From Antechinus flavipes (lineage: Eukaryota): a stretch of 64,000 bases of DNA. Position 1 is the stretch's first letter. The number at the start of each line of letters is the position of its first letter. A model generated the notes under the pieces. It was given only the letters and a program-made list of their open reading frames with translations. It made no database searches and was not told the DNA's origin. Positions 44,919 through 58,206 of this stretch are shown one piece after another. Made by a program: the position numbers and the translations under genes. The stretch is from assembly GCF_016432865.1 (NCBI RefSeq), contig NC_067401.1, positions 189,782,001 through 189,846,000 of the forward strand, read 5' to 3'.

Positions 44919-45554
44919 TGATGAGGTCTAGATATGGGGTACCTAAATGAAATTAGGGTTTAATTGAGGTCTAGTGCAGGTTTGGGGTACAGGGAGTCAA
45001 ATAGAGCTCCCCTGCAATCCCATTAGATTCCGCGCAAGGATATGGAATTAAATGAGGTCTAGTAAGGGTAGGAGAATCCCTTGTAAAGGAATTTACTGGG
45101 CTGAAAAGCTCGATTGATAAAAGAGGTTTATTATGGGGTTTGGAAGTAAGGTTAAAGTCTAGTTAAGGAAATCGATGAAGGTAGAGAGAGGAGGGCACCG
45201 GAAATAGGGTTCCAGTAGACAGAGATCCCTAGCGTGCCAGATAGAAGGCTCCAGCTTGACTCTTATAAGGAGAGATTTAGCTAAAGGGGCCTGTGGGTGG
45301 AGTCCCAAGTTGGCTCCTCTCTGGATTTCAGTGGGGGCTTGAGTTTGCTTGGTGGGGGTTGGGAAACCTGAGCAGATCATTAGAATGGGGGCTGGGACAG
45401 CATAGGCCCGGATCTTCTATTGGAATTCAAAGGGATGCTTTTGACCAGGATTTGTGAATCAAACATCCTAGCTTCCTGGATTGATAATGCATCAGCTAGG
45501 AGGGGTTAGGAATCAGAAATAAACTAATTCTTAAAGGGACCACAACCCACTTCA
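44919..45554 (-). mobile_element. Related LTR, 3' LTR of a truncated provirus
   Basis: Shares TGAGGTCTAG/TGGGGTAC repeats and other blocks with 44332-44854. A PPT (GAGGGGGGAA on minus, 45555-45564) abuts it, so some internal sequence is retained. Confidence 0.75.
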
Positions 45555-45939
45555 TTCCCCCCTCAAGCAGTTAAAACTTAAAGAGAGAAAAAAAAAAAAT
45601 TGGGGCAGAGTTTTTTATTGAGGCAGAATTGAAGAGTTCCTCCTTCAAGGATTTTCTGAGTTCAGGGGTCCCCTCTTCAGTATGATTAACGATTACAAGT
45701 CTGAGGCCAGGTTTGAACTCTAGAACTTTATCGACTCCCTGAGCTCCTCCTCCCTCTCTTCTGTCTCTTCCTCATTTCCAGTCCTTTGTTCAGTTTGTAA
45801 TTCTGTCTCATTTCTCCCCACATCCACCTTCTGCCAGTCCTTTGTGTCTTCTTCCCGGGTTCCTTTCTCTCCAGATTTTTCTCCCCTCCCCAGCCTCCAT
45901 TTTCCTCTTTATTTATTTAATTAATTAAAATTTAAAAGG

Positions 45940-46450
45940 CCAGACCCCAGCCCAACCAGCGAAGGCCGTCGGTGGTGAAATCACAGCAAAACTGTTCATC
46001 ATTCAAGCTTCTCCATTTCACGCCCCAGCCAAAGAGGAAAGCCCCTCCTCTTTCCCTACTCCTCCCAGGCCAGCGGAACCTTTGTCTCGAGCTCCGCGTT
46101 GTTTGTCCGGAACTGACAATGAAACAACTAGGTCGTTGTTGCTGTCCGCCTTGTTCTCCCCTAGCTCCTTTCCGATTCGTTTCCGCCCTTTTCCCTTCTG
46201 GCAGCCCGGCCTGAGGCGGGACTCCGGCACAGTTTAGCTGTGTTTAAGAGGTCTTATCTTCTCTCCACCGAGCTTCAGACAAAGAGTTTACCGCTCTTTT
46301 AGGCCTGGTGTTGCGATGATTTCTGCAAAACGATCGAGGGCCTAGAATTCCCAACTCTCCTGGAGACCAAGTCTTTTCACCTGACAATCATATTCCTTAT
46401 CCGTCATGTGATTGGGATTGGGCTAGATCTGGAGTCCTTAACTTCTGGAG
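45940..46450 (+). promoter_or_regulatory. CpG-rich island, probable NFKBIL1 promoter/exon-1 region
   Basis: Local CpG enrichment with ETS-like CCGGAA/GCGGAA motifs about 0.8-1.3 kb upstream of NFKBIL1 exon 2. A coding exon 1 could not be identified. Confidence 0.6.
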
Positions 46451-47224
46451 TGGGGTGGATCTATTCGGCTATCTCGGAATAACATTTAAAAATTATTAAA
46501 GAAAAGACTAAATTTCAGTTCGATGTTAGTGAAAATAGATTTCATTTTCCCCGACTCCAGAAAGCAGACATTTAAGGGCCCTACTCACTATTAGGGCTTT
46601 GCAAGGTAATATTCCCTGGTCAATTGGGACAGCCCTAGGGGGTCTCTCCTGCCTCCAACCTGAGGAGCCCTGAAGGAGGACTTGGGCCCTGCCCACTCAT
46701 AAAATATAAATATCAAAATATAAACAGATTATTATCAAATTAGGTGATCACAAAATCCATATTCTGAAGTTTTACCACTAGCCCAATGTTCCTCTACTAA
46801 AAAGATAATCAGTCTTCTTTATTGTACTTTCTGAACGTGACTAATGCGGAAATATGTTTTGCATGACTCCATATATAAATGGGTATCGAATTTCTTGCCT
46901 TTTCAATGGATTAAGGTGGAACTGAAGAGAGGGAGAGAATTTGGAATGGAAAATAAAATGACAAAACTATGTAATAGGAAAAAAGATTGTACTTTTTTAC
47001 GTAAAGACCCCCAAATAATTTTATCCCCATTCCAAAATTATATAGCTACTTAGCATAGTATCCTATAGGACTATACTTAAGTTTTGAGAAGACAGTTTTT
47101 ATTTTAAAACAACATGAAAGGTAGAAGTGTATAAAAGTGGAAATAGGGAGAATAGATGGGAAAGAGAGCATGGAGCTTATATTCTCTTCTGATTTTAATT
47201 GTTTTATTTTTTTCTCTTCTCCAA

Positions 47225-49435
47225 TACCCATCATGGGTTCTTCCTCTTAACAACATAGACATGAGCCATGTTTCAGAAGATATCTTTCTACAAGACATCT
47301 GAGCAAGGCTCAATCCCTCTTTCAACACCACCCAAGGCTGGATATTAGATGCTGGAGAACCACCACCACTCCCATCAAGCCTGTGCTTGCCATGATATCT
47401 CTACCCTTCAACTACTACTTTACTTTGGTGCTGATCCCACTTACCAGGACTGCCATGGGAATATTGTTGTGCATGCTGCTGTTCTTCAAGGTCCTAGTGG
47501 TGAGTCCACCCCTTATAAGGATAGCTTTGAAAGTGTCAGACAGTAATCTAAAATGAATCTAAGATGAAAGCAAAACCCTTGAGTTGCCTGGTTATGAATG
47601 AATTTCTTTGGCAAATGGGAATAATAATGATAGTTACCCTATCTATAGGATTTGTTGTGAAGGTCAAAATGGATAACCTATAACAGTTGTAAACATGAAC
47701 AAATAATATGTATGTAGCTGTGTTTATATATAATATATATGTATATAAATACACATATAAAGATTTCTATCCATGATGGGTTTATATATATTTATGACTA
47801 TATATATATACACATATATATGCATATATATATATTCACACATATATACTTATAATATGGATCCAAGATGGCACTCAAATAAGATTTTTACATCCATTCA
47901 TTTAGCTCCTACTCTTGCTTGCTTTCAAGATAGCAGTCATTTTTCTAATCTGCCTTTCCTGTCCAGATCTATTTTTTTCCCCAGTTCCCACTATTTTGCC
48001 CATGATAATGGTCTTCTGGCTAAAAGTTGGTACCCAAATGTGTAATTTTTCTTACTCTCCAGAGTGCCTATCCTCCCTCCTCCCCCCCCCCCCCATTATG
48101 TAATTTCTCTAGTGCCCAGATAAGACAGGTATGTGGTACAACACATAGAGTTCTGGGTCTGGAGTCAGGAAAACCAATCTTCCTGAATTCAAATATGGCC
48201 TCAGACACTTATTAGTGTGACTCTGGGCAAGTCACTTAATTTTGTTTCCTTCAGCTTTCTATTTAAATGAGCTGGAGAAGGAAATGGCAGTCTCTTTAAA
48301 GTGATTGAACAACAATAACAAAACCCAGGTAGTAACTATCAGTATTCTTATGAGATGAAAGCCACAGCAAACAATTTTGCCCTTTGACAATTTTAACCCT
48401 TGCCAACAGCCTACAAGGACTTCTTGCCTCCGATGACAAAATGTCCCACTTCCATGAAAATGAAGGATAAACAAGGAGAGACCTGAGGGGAACTTCTGGG
48501 CTGGAAAACCTCTCCAGAGAGTATTTGTAGAAATGAGGAAGAATCTTATAAAGAGAGAAAATGGAGACAAAAGCTTCAGGAGGAACTAGAGGATTAGTGG
48601 CAGGAGATGCTGGGGAGGTTTGAAGGTAAGAAAATCCCAACTAATGCCCTATAGGTATTTCAGTGGTTCCTCATCTCCCCCACTTTCCATGTCTTATTGT
48701 TTAGCTATTCCACATTAATTCCCATCCCTTTAATTTTTTTTGTCTCCATATCTTTTGACTCGCATCTGTCTCCTGACTATCTTCTGTCTGACCTTATTGT
48801 TTCTCTTCCTTCTCCCTCCTTAAGCCTTGCCATTTATATACCCATTGTTCCTTAGGTGATGAGGATGCTGCCTTAGATATCCCAGAGTCTGAGTCCTATT
48901 CTGTATGGACTGAATGTCTGGTCCAAGAACCTGCCCAGAAATAACGACCTCAACAAGCAACAGAGAGAGTCCAGCATCCAAAAAAAAATGTATGTCAGCC
49001 TCCTACCATGCTGGCAACAAGAAAATGAATGTCAGCTATGCCAAGAGCAAGCCCAGCCAAGGAAGAGATGAGGGAAAGCGAACTAAGAATGGCCAGGAAG
49101 CCAGGGGGCATTGTAGAGGAGACTGTAACAGGACAAAGCCCAAGAGAAACCTCACCAAGAGAGGGAACAGATTTTGGTGTTTGGGAGCTATACCCTGGCA
49201 CTGCCTTGGAAGGAAGGTCCCTGAGGCAATGGCAGCATCCTAGTAGCTGGGGACCCCACCCACAGATTGGAGAATCTTAAGGAAATATTTGAGGGTCCAG
49301 CAGGTTCAGTGGCATCCTGACCGATGCCTACAGAGATTTGGGGGCCAAATTGAGGCCAAAGAAAGGGAAAAAGTAATAGAAATTGTGACAGCTCTGTCTC
49401 AAGTCCTCAGTCAATATGCAGAAGGCCTAAAATGA
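47225..49435 (+). pseudogene. NFKBIL1: NFKBIL1 (IkBL) unitary pseudogene: exon 2 ~47225-47499, exon 3 48410-48625, exon 4 48856-49435
   Basis: Recognisable peptides FRRYLS, DAGEPPPL, HQACACHD..LLL..GADP..QD.HG, WRQKLQEELED, PEAMAA, LRKYLRVQQVQWHPDR..QRF..QIE, VTALSQ, EGLK*. Lesions: TAA 47248-50, two +1 frameshifts in exon 2, TGA 48484-86, TAG 48595-97, TAA near 48942, further frameshifts in exon 4, and no AG at the exon 2 acceptor. Confidence 0.93.
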
Positions 49436-50127
49436 TCTGGAAGAAAAAGAGAATGAGTACATTTAATATAAATAATGAAAACCACAAGATAAGGACAGAG
49501 AATAAGGACAAAATATGGAACCTGGAATAAGGAAAAAATTGAGTATGGAACTGTAGGAAAAGTTGATACCTGAATGAGGACAAATTGTGGGTTAGAGATA
49601 AAAACTGAGCTGGAGCAGTGGTGGGAGTTACTACCACTAAAGTCCCTTTTCTTCCTACTCATTTCCTAATAAAATATAGTTCCCCATCTTACTCTTGAGT
49701 GCTACTCTGCCTTTTTCCATCTATGTGGTTTCTATCACCTATGACATCTCCTTCCTTCCAGAATTCTAAGCCTATATAGTTCCATATGCCAGAGACCTAC
49801 ATGTGCATGTGATGTACTCTTAACCTATGACATCAGCTCATCCTGGCCACTCCATCCTCCCAAGATCAAGGCCCAGAGGCTTCAGCTTGCCTCACCAAAG
49901 CTCTCATCCCCTCCCTTTTCCCCCAAACTCCCCCTCTCACCCCCATCCCCCCACAACTTTTAGACCAAGTGCCTAAATCACCTCAACCCAGTTGTTTGTG
50001 GCTGGAGAAAGAGGCTTACTGTCAAGTCAAAAAAGGGAACAAAACTAGTCTTTTCTCTTCTCCTTCCCACCCCCTAACCTCTACCAGAACCACATCCTCC
50101 ACCCCCTTACTTCCACCCCCTCCCCCA

Positions 50128-50149
50128 GGGCTTTCCCTTTGCTGAGTCA
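50128..50149 (+). promoter_or_regulatory. Adjacent NF-kB (GGGCTTTCCC) and AP-1 (TGAGTCA) sites, candidate distal LTA/TNF enhancer
   Basis: Both motifs are exact matches 5 bp apart, in non-repeat DNA about 8 kb upstream of the TNF TATA box. Confidence 0.5.
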
Positions 50150-50879
50150 CTAGGATTTGAGGTGGAGGGTAGTTGAGACTAGGAGACCCTTCAAGAGGAT
50201 TGTAAGGAGGACAGAGTTAAGAGAAACCAAGAACAGAGAGGGAAGCAGCCCCTCTGTGGGGGAGTGGAATTTCAACTGCTAAAAATAACATCAGGGAAGG
50301 AGGAGGAAAGGCCAAATTGTGTAACCTGGATTGTCTATTCTTGGGTAACTTGAGGTCCACGCCCCAAAACTGGGCGTCTTGTTTCCCAACTGGAAACTAA
50401 AGCACGCGGATCAGACTTCTCAAGGAATTCAGACATCAATATCTTGGAAATACCACTAATCTACCTTCCAGCCCTTCTGCTTTTCAGAATCCAGTGACTT
50501 GTCCCAATTCTTAACCTCACCTCCATTCTTCCCTGCCTTATCCTTCTTCCCTACCCCCCAGTTCAAGACTGATTTTCCATCTCAGTTTCTACTTCCCTCA
50601 AGGACCCAGGAACTTCTGTTCTATAATCTAAGTGGTAATATTGGCCCAGTCTATATAGATCATTATCTTCTCTTCCCGGAAACAGTGGTTGAAGTTCTGT
50701 GCAGTGAAGGGGGCTTAGAAATCAGGTGGGGATTCCCATGGAGAGCGCTCCTTACTCTCTCCTCTGGCTTCCCCAAACCTCCCACCCTAGCTTCCAGGAA
50801 ACAGGAGTAGGAGTGGAAAGCAGGGTCTACTTCCCTTCCAGCCCACTCCTACCCAATTCAAACATTCTGCTTTAGTTTT

Positions 50880-51080
50880 GTTTTTTTAATGGTAGATTTT
50901 TATTTTCAAAATACATGCAAAGAGTTTTCAATATTCACCCTTGCAAAACTTTGTGTTCCAAATTTTTCTCCCTCCCTTCTCTCCTACCGCCTCCCCTAGA
51001 TAGCAAAATAATTCAATATAGATTAAACATGTGTAATTCTTCTAAACATATTTCCATATTTATCATTCTTCTTTAGTTTT
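50880..51080 (-). mobile_element. Short LINE-1 3'UTR fragment
   Basis: Antisense match to the L1 3' ends at 43000 and 52030. Confidence 0.7.
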
Positions 51081-52024
51081 ATGAGAAAGAGCTAGAAGCA
51101 AGGGAAGAAGATAATAGTGTCTCACTACCTTTTCATGCCTATGGGTACATGCTCATCTATGTATTACGTTAGAAACGAAATTTTTACATAACAGGGCTCA
51201 CAGCATGAGGGAGCCCCAGAGAGACGGAGCCAAGTAAAGGGCATTTAAGTGTAGGGTACTTTTGGGAAGATAAGTGAATAGAAAATGGAAGTGGGACACA
51301 TAGTCTTGAACAACAAAGTTTCCAATCACCTTTAATATTCGTTCATTCACCCTATTTGATGTCTAATTAGTTGCTGTCACATCTTTGTTCTCTCCAGTCC
51401 ACCATAGTTCAGGCCCTTTTCACCTGTACTATTGCCCTGGCTTCTTTCTATAGTTGCCTAATTGGTTTCCCATTATGGAGTCTCTTTCCTCTAAAATGTA
51501 ACTGCTAATTTTATATTTCTAAAGCACAAGTCTTAAGAAATCATAGGATAAACAGACTGTAGAATACACTATGCTCAGTATTTAAAACCCTTCCACAATA
51601 TGGCTCCAACCTATCTTTCCAGGCATCACACATTTCTTCCTCAGTTACAACTTCAAAATTAATGGTACTACTTTGCTTCCCCCAAAGCAACTCTCAGTTC
51701 TCTGTTTTGGGATCTTAACCATAGGTCATATATGTTCCATATCTAGAATTCTCGCCCTCCTCATCTCTATCTTCTGAAACCCTGATTCCCTCCAACACTC
51801 AGATAAAGTGCAATCTCTGGCAATTGATCTTTTCTGATCCTTCTAACTATTAAAGTCCCTCCTCTCAAAAGATTTTGTATTTATTTTATATACAATTTAT
51901 GTTCTCTTAGTTTTGTACATATTGTTCCTCTTTCCTCCTTCCTCCATTCTCACTCTAGTAGAATATAAGCCCCAAAATAAAAATTGGAGGGTTTTTTCCC
52001 CTCAGGATCCCCAAGATACATTTA

Positions 52025-52625
52025 GCTTTTTATTTTCAAAATGCATACAAATATAGTTTTCGACATTCACTTTTGCAAAATTTTGTGTTCCAAATTTTTC
52101 TCCTTCCCTCCCCCCCATTCAGCAAGTAATCCAATATATGTTAAACATGTGTAAATTTTCTATTCATAGCTCCACATTTATCATGTGCTACACAAGAAAA
52201 CTCGGCTCAAAAAGGAAAAAAAAATAGAAAAAAATCAAGCAAACAATGACAAAAACAGTGAAAATACTGTGTTTGATCCACATTCAATCTCCATAGTTCT
52301 CTCTCTGGATGCAGATGGCTCTTTCCATCACAAGTCTATTGGAATTGGTCTGAATCACCTCATTGTTGAAAAGAGCCATATCCATCAGAGTTGATTATTA
52401 TATAATCTTGTGTACAATGTTTTCCTGGTTCTGTTCATTTCACTTATCATTTAAGTCTCTCTAGGCCTGTCTAAAATCATCCTGCTGATCATTTCTTATA
52501 GAACATTAATATTCCATAACATACATATATCATAACTTATTCAGCCTTTCCCCAACTGATGAGCATCCACTCAATTTACAGTTCCTTGCCACTACAAAAA
52601 AGCTGCTACAAACATTTTTGAACAT
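52025..52625 (-). mobile_element. LINE-1 3' fragment
   Basis: Antisense 3'UTR and end of ORF2, homologous to 43000-43640. Confidence 0.8.
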
Positions 52626-55265
52626 TTTTGTATTTTAATTTGGAAATGTGGATATGTGAATATGGATGAGATTTTCTGAGACAGACAAGATTGAAGTATG
52701 GGACATAAGCCTTTTGAAGGGACAGTACGTTGTTCTCTGGGAAATTGAAGTTTTTCAGAGGGAACTGGCATAGTTTAGAAAGGACTATGCTTGAGCTATG
52801 AACAATCTAGCATCCAATTCTTTAAAAGTGCCCAGAAACTTCAGAATCAGAATGCAACGAGCACCAGAGTTAAGAATGGGAAAGTTTATGCCCTGGGAAA
52901 GAGGGTATAGGGAAGAGAGGGGACAGGAAATACTGGTACCTGGGCAACCCTCTCCCTTCTACCCAGAAGAACTTTTTTCTTTGTTTCTAAGCACATCGCT
53001 TCTTCCCTTACAGTTGTGTAAGATAATATATATCCAGGTATCTCCCATTTCCCAGGTACTATCTCTAATTTCTCAACTCTTCTAAAATCCTACTTTCAAA
53101 GTGTCTGACCCCCCCAGCCCTGAGGGGGTTCCCCAAAGATGAGGATGAAGTTCACTTTCTCTCACCACATAGTTTCCGGTTCTATGTCTCTTGTTCTGAT
53201 GCCGATAAAAATATTGGTTCCCTGGGGACCCTTAGCTTCCTCCCACCCGCTGGGGCCAGGCACCCAGGCATCCTGTGCCCCCAGGCAGCTGGGGGGGGGG
53301 TTAGGGATCCCCCTGATTAGTGACTCAGGTTCTTAACAGCTATGTGATAGAGAGGCATGAACTATGTCATGAACTCTAGGATCAAAGTCAAGAATTTGAC
53401 GATAGAAGTTGAATTGATATATTGGAAGTTTAGATTAGACGTACAGATTAAAATTAAGGTTGGAACAAAGGTTGTATTAATATTGAGGATAAAATGCCAA
53501 ATGAATTTGGAGGGTGAATTTTGACATCCTTGTGTGTGTGGTTGACTTGAGGTTAAGATCAGTGTTGGAATTGAGTTAGCATTGTGATTAAAGATGGAGT
53601 CAAATTTGAGTTAGAGCAATATTAAGTTCCAGGCTGGAACTGGGTTAGTTTTATTTGATTTCTCTTTCTATGTGGAGTCTCCAATAATTTCATTAATTTC
53701 TTTGGAAAAGCCTTCTTTCTCTATGTCACTATAAAGTTAGACGAGAGTCAATTCTACACATTATCACTCTTCATACCCAGGAAAATCCCCCAACCAACCA
53801 CCTTCCTCTTCACAGAAACTAAATCCTGCTCAATATCTGAAACTGAGATTGAAACTGAGATCTGCCCTTTCTGACATGATCCTAGTAGAATATCATAATG
53901 TCTTTTATATCAGGCACCTACTGCAGCCTTGGACTATTCCAGTATCAAAATGAGTTTATAATCCTTTTCTCATTCCCATTTCTCTCTCTCTCAGTTTTTC
54001 ACTCTCAATTCTTCAGTCTCTCAGTCTCCCTGGATTTTCCTCTCTTGGTCCTTCAGTCTTTGTCTCTGTCTTTCTGTGTCCCTCAGTCTCTCCCTGATTC
54101 TTTCATTTCTTGACACTCCCCATCCAGCTAGGTCCCTCAAACTTTCCAGACCTGTCTTTCATTCTCTTCATTTTCTTCTATTTCTCTCTGTACCTCAATC
54201 TTCCCCTCCACTCTGTTTTTGCTTTTCAAACTTCTCATCTTTCTGTCTTACTGATATTTGGATTGGGTATGCTTCATCTTTATTTGATTCCATTTTCTCA
54301 AGAACTCCCTGTCTTTTATCTGCCCACACTACCAAATGACTATAAAACTGTGTCAGAAAAAAACAAAAACAAAAACAGAAAGAAACAATACAAGAAAAGA
54401 TTGAAGAAACAGAGATAATAGAGAGATAGTGAGAAAAAGAGGCAGTCAAGCTTAGATACAAAGAAAAGGAATGGGAAATAGATAAGGGAAGGAAGGAGAA
54501 GTAGGAAATGACAAATGGCAAAGGGGTTAGAGACAAACTTGGGGGTGAGGGATAGAAAGATTTGAGAGACAAGAATGAATCACCATGCAAGTGTGTGTGT
54601 TTGTTTTGTCAGAGTGGAGAGAGTAAATTGAAGTACATTATGGCCAATACATCTTATATCATATGGGTAGCTCAGAAGATGGAAGGACAGCTATGTGCAT
54701 GGGAACTCTTGTCAGTTGACTACTGCTCACATGAACCATAATTTGACTGGCATGATTTATCACATAAATTATGATTAAGAAACTTATATCGAATATAGAA
54801 AAGATAACTATGCCACCTGTGAGCAAAACTATATGAGATTAGAAGAAGACAATTCTCTACAGACTCAATCTGGAAGAAGGAATCTTTATTACATGTGGCT
54901 ACATGATTTATTCTTTTTTAAAACTTAAGCAACACATGCTAGAGACAGGCAGATTTTTAGATGGGCTAAGGAATATGTAAATGGCAAATAGGATAGATAT
55001 AAATAGTGGGAAATGAGGGAAATAGGAGTTGCATAGTGGGGGGGGGGGAGAGTGCAGGGGTCATGAAGGAAATAAAGATCTGAAAGATTTCTGGAAGCTT
55101 TCCCAATTCAGTACCCTTCCCCCTTCATTTTCATGTCATCTTCCCCCTGAATCCTTCTAACTCTACTCCCTTTTCCCAGAACCCTAATCTCCTGGCCCCC
55201 AGCCTTAACCTCCTGGCCCCAACCTTTCCTGCCTTCAGCAAAAACACCAACTCCTTGTAAGCCCT

Positions 55266-55329
55266 GGGGGCTTCCCCGGGCCAGGCTAGAGCCCTGAACC
55301 CTCCCGCGCTATGCTGCTTCCTCTATAAA
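55266..55329 (+). promoter_or_regulatory. LTA proximal promoter: NF-kB site GGGGGCTTCCCC (55266-55277) and TATAAA (55324-55329)
   Basis: Motifs seen directly. The same kB site precedes the TATA box in human LTA (recalled). Confidence 0.85.
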
Positions 55330-55908
55330 GGGACTGAGGCGAGGCCCAGGAAGCCCAGCTCATAGCAGGTAGGGGCCCCTGGCTGAGATACTACTGAACT
55401 CTGAACCATTTCTCCCTGGCCCTTTAAAAAAAAAACAAAAAAAAAAAAAAAAAACCTGATTCCAATTATTTCACCATAACTTCCTGTGTCTATTATTTCT
55501 ACCTGCTCCTCTCTAGGTCTGCTTTGGGCTTGGTCTCCACCTCATCCTTTCTGAGTCTCTGACTTTCTTTCAATTAGTCTCTATTTGCTTCTGTTTCTGT
55601 TCCTCTCTGGCTGTTTCTGTTTCTCAGTTCTGTCAATCTCAATCTCTTTGTCTCTGTCTCTCTTTCTCTTTCTCTGTCTGTCTGTCTCTCTCTGTCTCTC
55701 CTCTTTTTCTGTCCACAAGTGTCTATGTCTCTGTCTTGATATATATAAGCTTCTTTATATCAGTGTGTTTTCCATATCTTCCTGTTTCTGTTTCTATACT
55801 CATTTCCTATTTCCTTTCTCTCTTTCTCCCCATCCCTAAGTCTTTCCATCCTTATCTCTTCCCTGGTCCCTTCTCTACTTTCTCTTTCTCTCTCCTCAGA
55901 TTCTCCCC

Positions 55909-56759
55909 ATGACCTCATCTGGAGTCCTATGCCTTCTGGGGGCACTGAGCCTCCATGCGCTTTGGCTGCAGCCACCAGAGGCTCAGGTGAGAAGCAACAG
56001 GACTGGGGGATAATTTGGGGATTGAGAGCTTAAAGGGGCAAGAAAGAAATCTTGGCCCTCTGGTACCTTCTTAATCATGTTCTTTCATAGGGGGCTCCCA
56101 ATCTTGATAACTCCCACTCATCTAGCCCAGCCCTACCCCAGACAACTCAACAGTTCAGCCAGAAGAGCCTCATAAGAGACATTCTCAAACCAGCTGCCCA
56201 TCTTGTTGGTAAGAATCTAGATGTTCTACCTTCTTCACTCCCCTCATAGACCCAAGCAACCAGCTCCCAGATTTCTCCTCCCTTAGTGGCCTGTATATGT
56301 ATTCTCCCCGGTCCCGTAACATTCCCTGACTTCTGTGTCTCTCCCCTAGGAGACTTCAGCGCCAAGGACTCTATACGTTGGAGAGCAAGCACAGATCACG
56401 CTTTCCTCCGACATGGCTTTTCTCTAAGGAACAACTCCCTCTTGGTCCCCACAAGCGGCCTCTACTTCATTTACTCCCAAGTTGTCTTCTCAGGAGCCAG
56501 TTGTTCTCAGGTTACTCCCACCCCGCTCTATTTGAGCCATGAGGTTCTCCTCTTCTCCACCAAATACCAAGTTCATGTACCCCTTCTGAGTGCTCAAAAG
56601 TCTGTGTGCCCAGGGATTCGAGGATCCTGGATGAAATCAATCTACCAGGGAGCTGTGTTCCTGCTCACTCAGGGAGATCAGCTATCCACTCATACAGATG
56701 GTATCTCTCACCTGCTTCCGTCCCCTAGTAGTGTCTTTTTGGGGGCCTTTGCACTATAA
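55909..56759 (+). CDS. LTA: Lymphotoxin-alpha (coding exons 55909-55986, 56091-56208, 56350-56759; 201 aa)
   Basis: GT-AG junctions, 606 nt. Signal peptide, [69 protein letters not shown]. 3'UTR ARE near 57165-57200 and AATAAA at 57410-57415. Confidence 0.98.
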
Positions 56760-58206
56760 AGAAATAGAAAAATAAAGAGAAAAATGGCTTCAAGGCCCAT
56801 CTCCATGTCCCTTCTTCTATTTCTACAGTTTCAAAGGTCCACATCACCAATCTCTGCTTCCAACATTGCTTCATTTCTTTCAAGTACTTCCCTTCTGTAC
56901 AACCTCCAAAGATGGAATTCTGGGTGGTTTGAAGGCATTCTAGAATGGGGGTTGAGGTGAGGACAACCATACACACCCTCACCCCTAAATCACTGTCAAA
57001 TTTTGGATTTAGAATTTCCCATACAAAAATAATGCCCATACAAAAATAATTTGTTTGGCTGGTTAGTAATCAGAGTGAGATTTAAGCTTGGTTGTGGAAG
57101 GGGAAGAGAAACAGGGTATGGAGGATAGGAATCAGGGATTGGTTGGGAGAAGGAATACAGAAAATTATTTATGAATGTTGAATATTATTTATTTATAGAG
57201 AAACAGAATGAGAAGAGGGAGCTAGAAAAGACAGAAAACTATCAAGGGAAGACTTATCAGGTAGATACAGAGGTAAAATAGAGAAAAAGTAGAAAAGGAA
57301 CAAGAGAGAGGGAAGGAGGTGGTTTGGGTGAGAAAGAGAAGGGCTTGTAAAAATGGTGACAGCAGAGTGCTAGGGACCCTGCCTGGACTTATGCCCTCAG
57401 CAAAGTTTCAATAAATATTTTTCCTCTGAGATTCCTGTCTGTCTGGTCTATTTAAAGGATTGGGGTAACACAGGGATTTTTGTGAAAGGGAAGACAAAAA
57501 AGAAGATAATAGTGGCCATATGAGAAGGGAAGGATACATGAGGAAATATGGGGGAGAAAAATACTTAAAACTAAGGGAAAATGAAAGTAATATGGGAGAC
57601 TTAGAAGATGAATGATAAAGATATGGGGGGAGTGATATCAAAGAATATAGGGGGCTTCCAGGAATATATACCCTGACATAAGGATGCTCTGAGATAATCA
57701 TAGATGATATGGGGGTCCTATATCAAGAAAATATTCCTGTAGACCAAGAATGAAACTGAAGAAATCCAGAAGTCAGAATGAAAGTAGAAGGATATTCCTA
57801 GGACTGATTTCATCTTTGTTGGGATGTCTCTACTCCTTTCCAAAATTCAGATTTTAAATGCCAACTTTCTTTCTTTTCCTCCCTTTCCTCTCAACAGAGC
57901 TCCAATCCCCCAGACCTCAGTGTATTCTTCTTTCAGGGTTCTAGACATCTGAATCTGAAAATCCCACTTAAGCCCTAGCCTTACTTGAAGAGTGTCTCAA
58001 GATTTAAGGGCCAGAGGCATGGGGAATCAGTTCAGGACATCTTCCCTCCTGAAATCATCATTGGGGTTAACCCTTAAGGGGAGTGATATCTCTGGACTCT
58101 TGGATTCCTTTAAGTCCAACTTTCCAATACCCGCCTCCATTAGGAGGAGGAAACTGAGAGGAGCTTGGGGAAGGTCCACAGGGCCCCCACAGCAGCTTCC
58201 TCCAGA

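Noticed and set aside
46440-46720. Candidate NFKBIL1 coding exon 1
   Set aside because: No convincing ATG, peptide match or donor was found.
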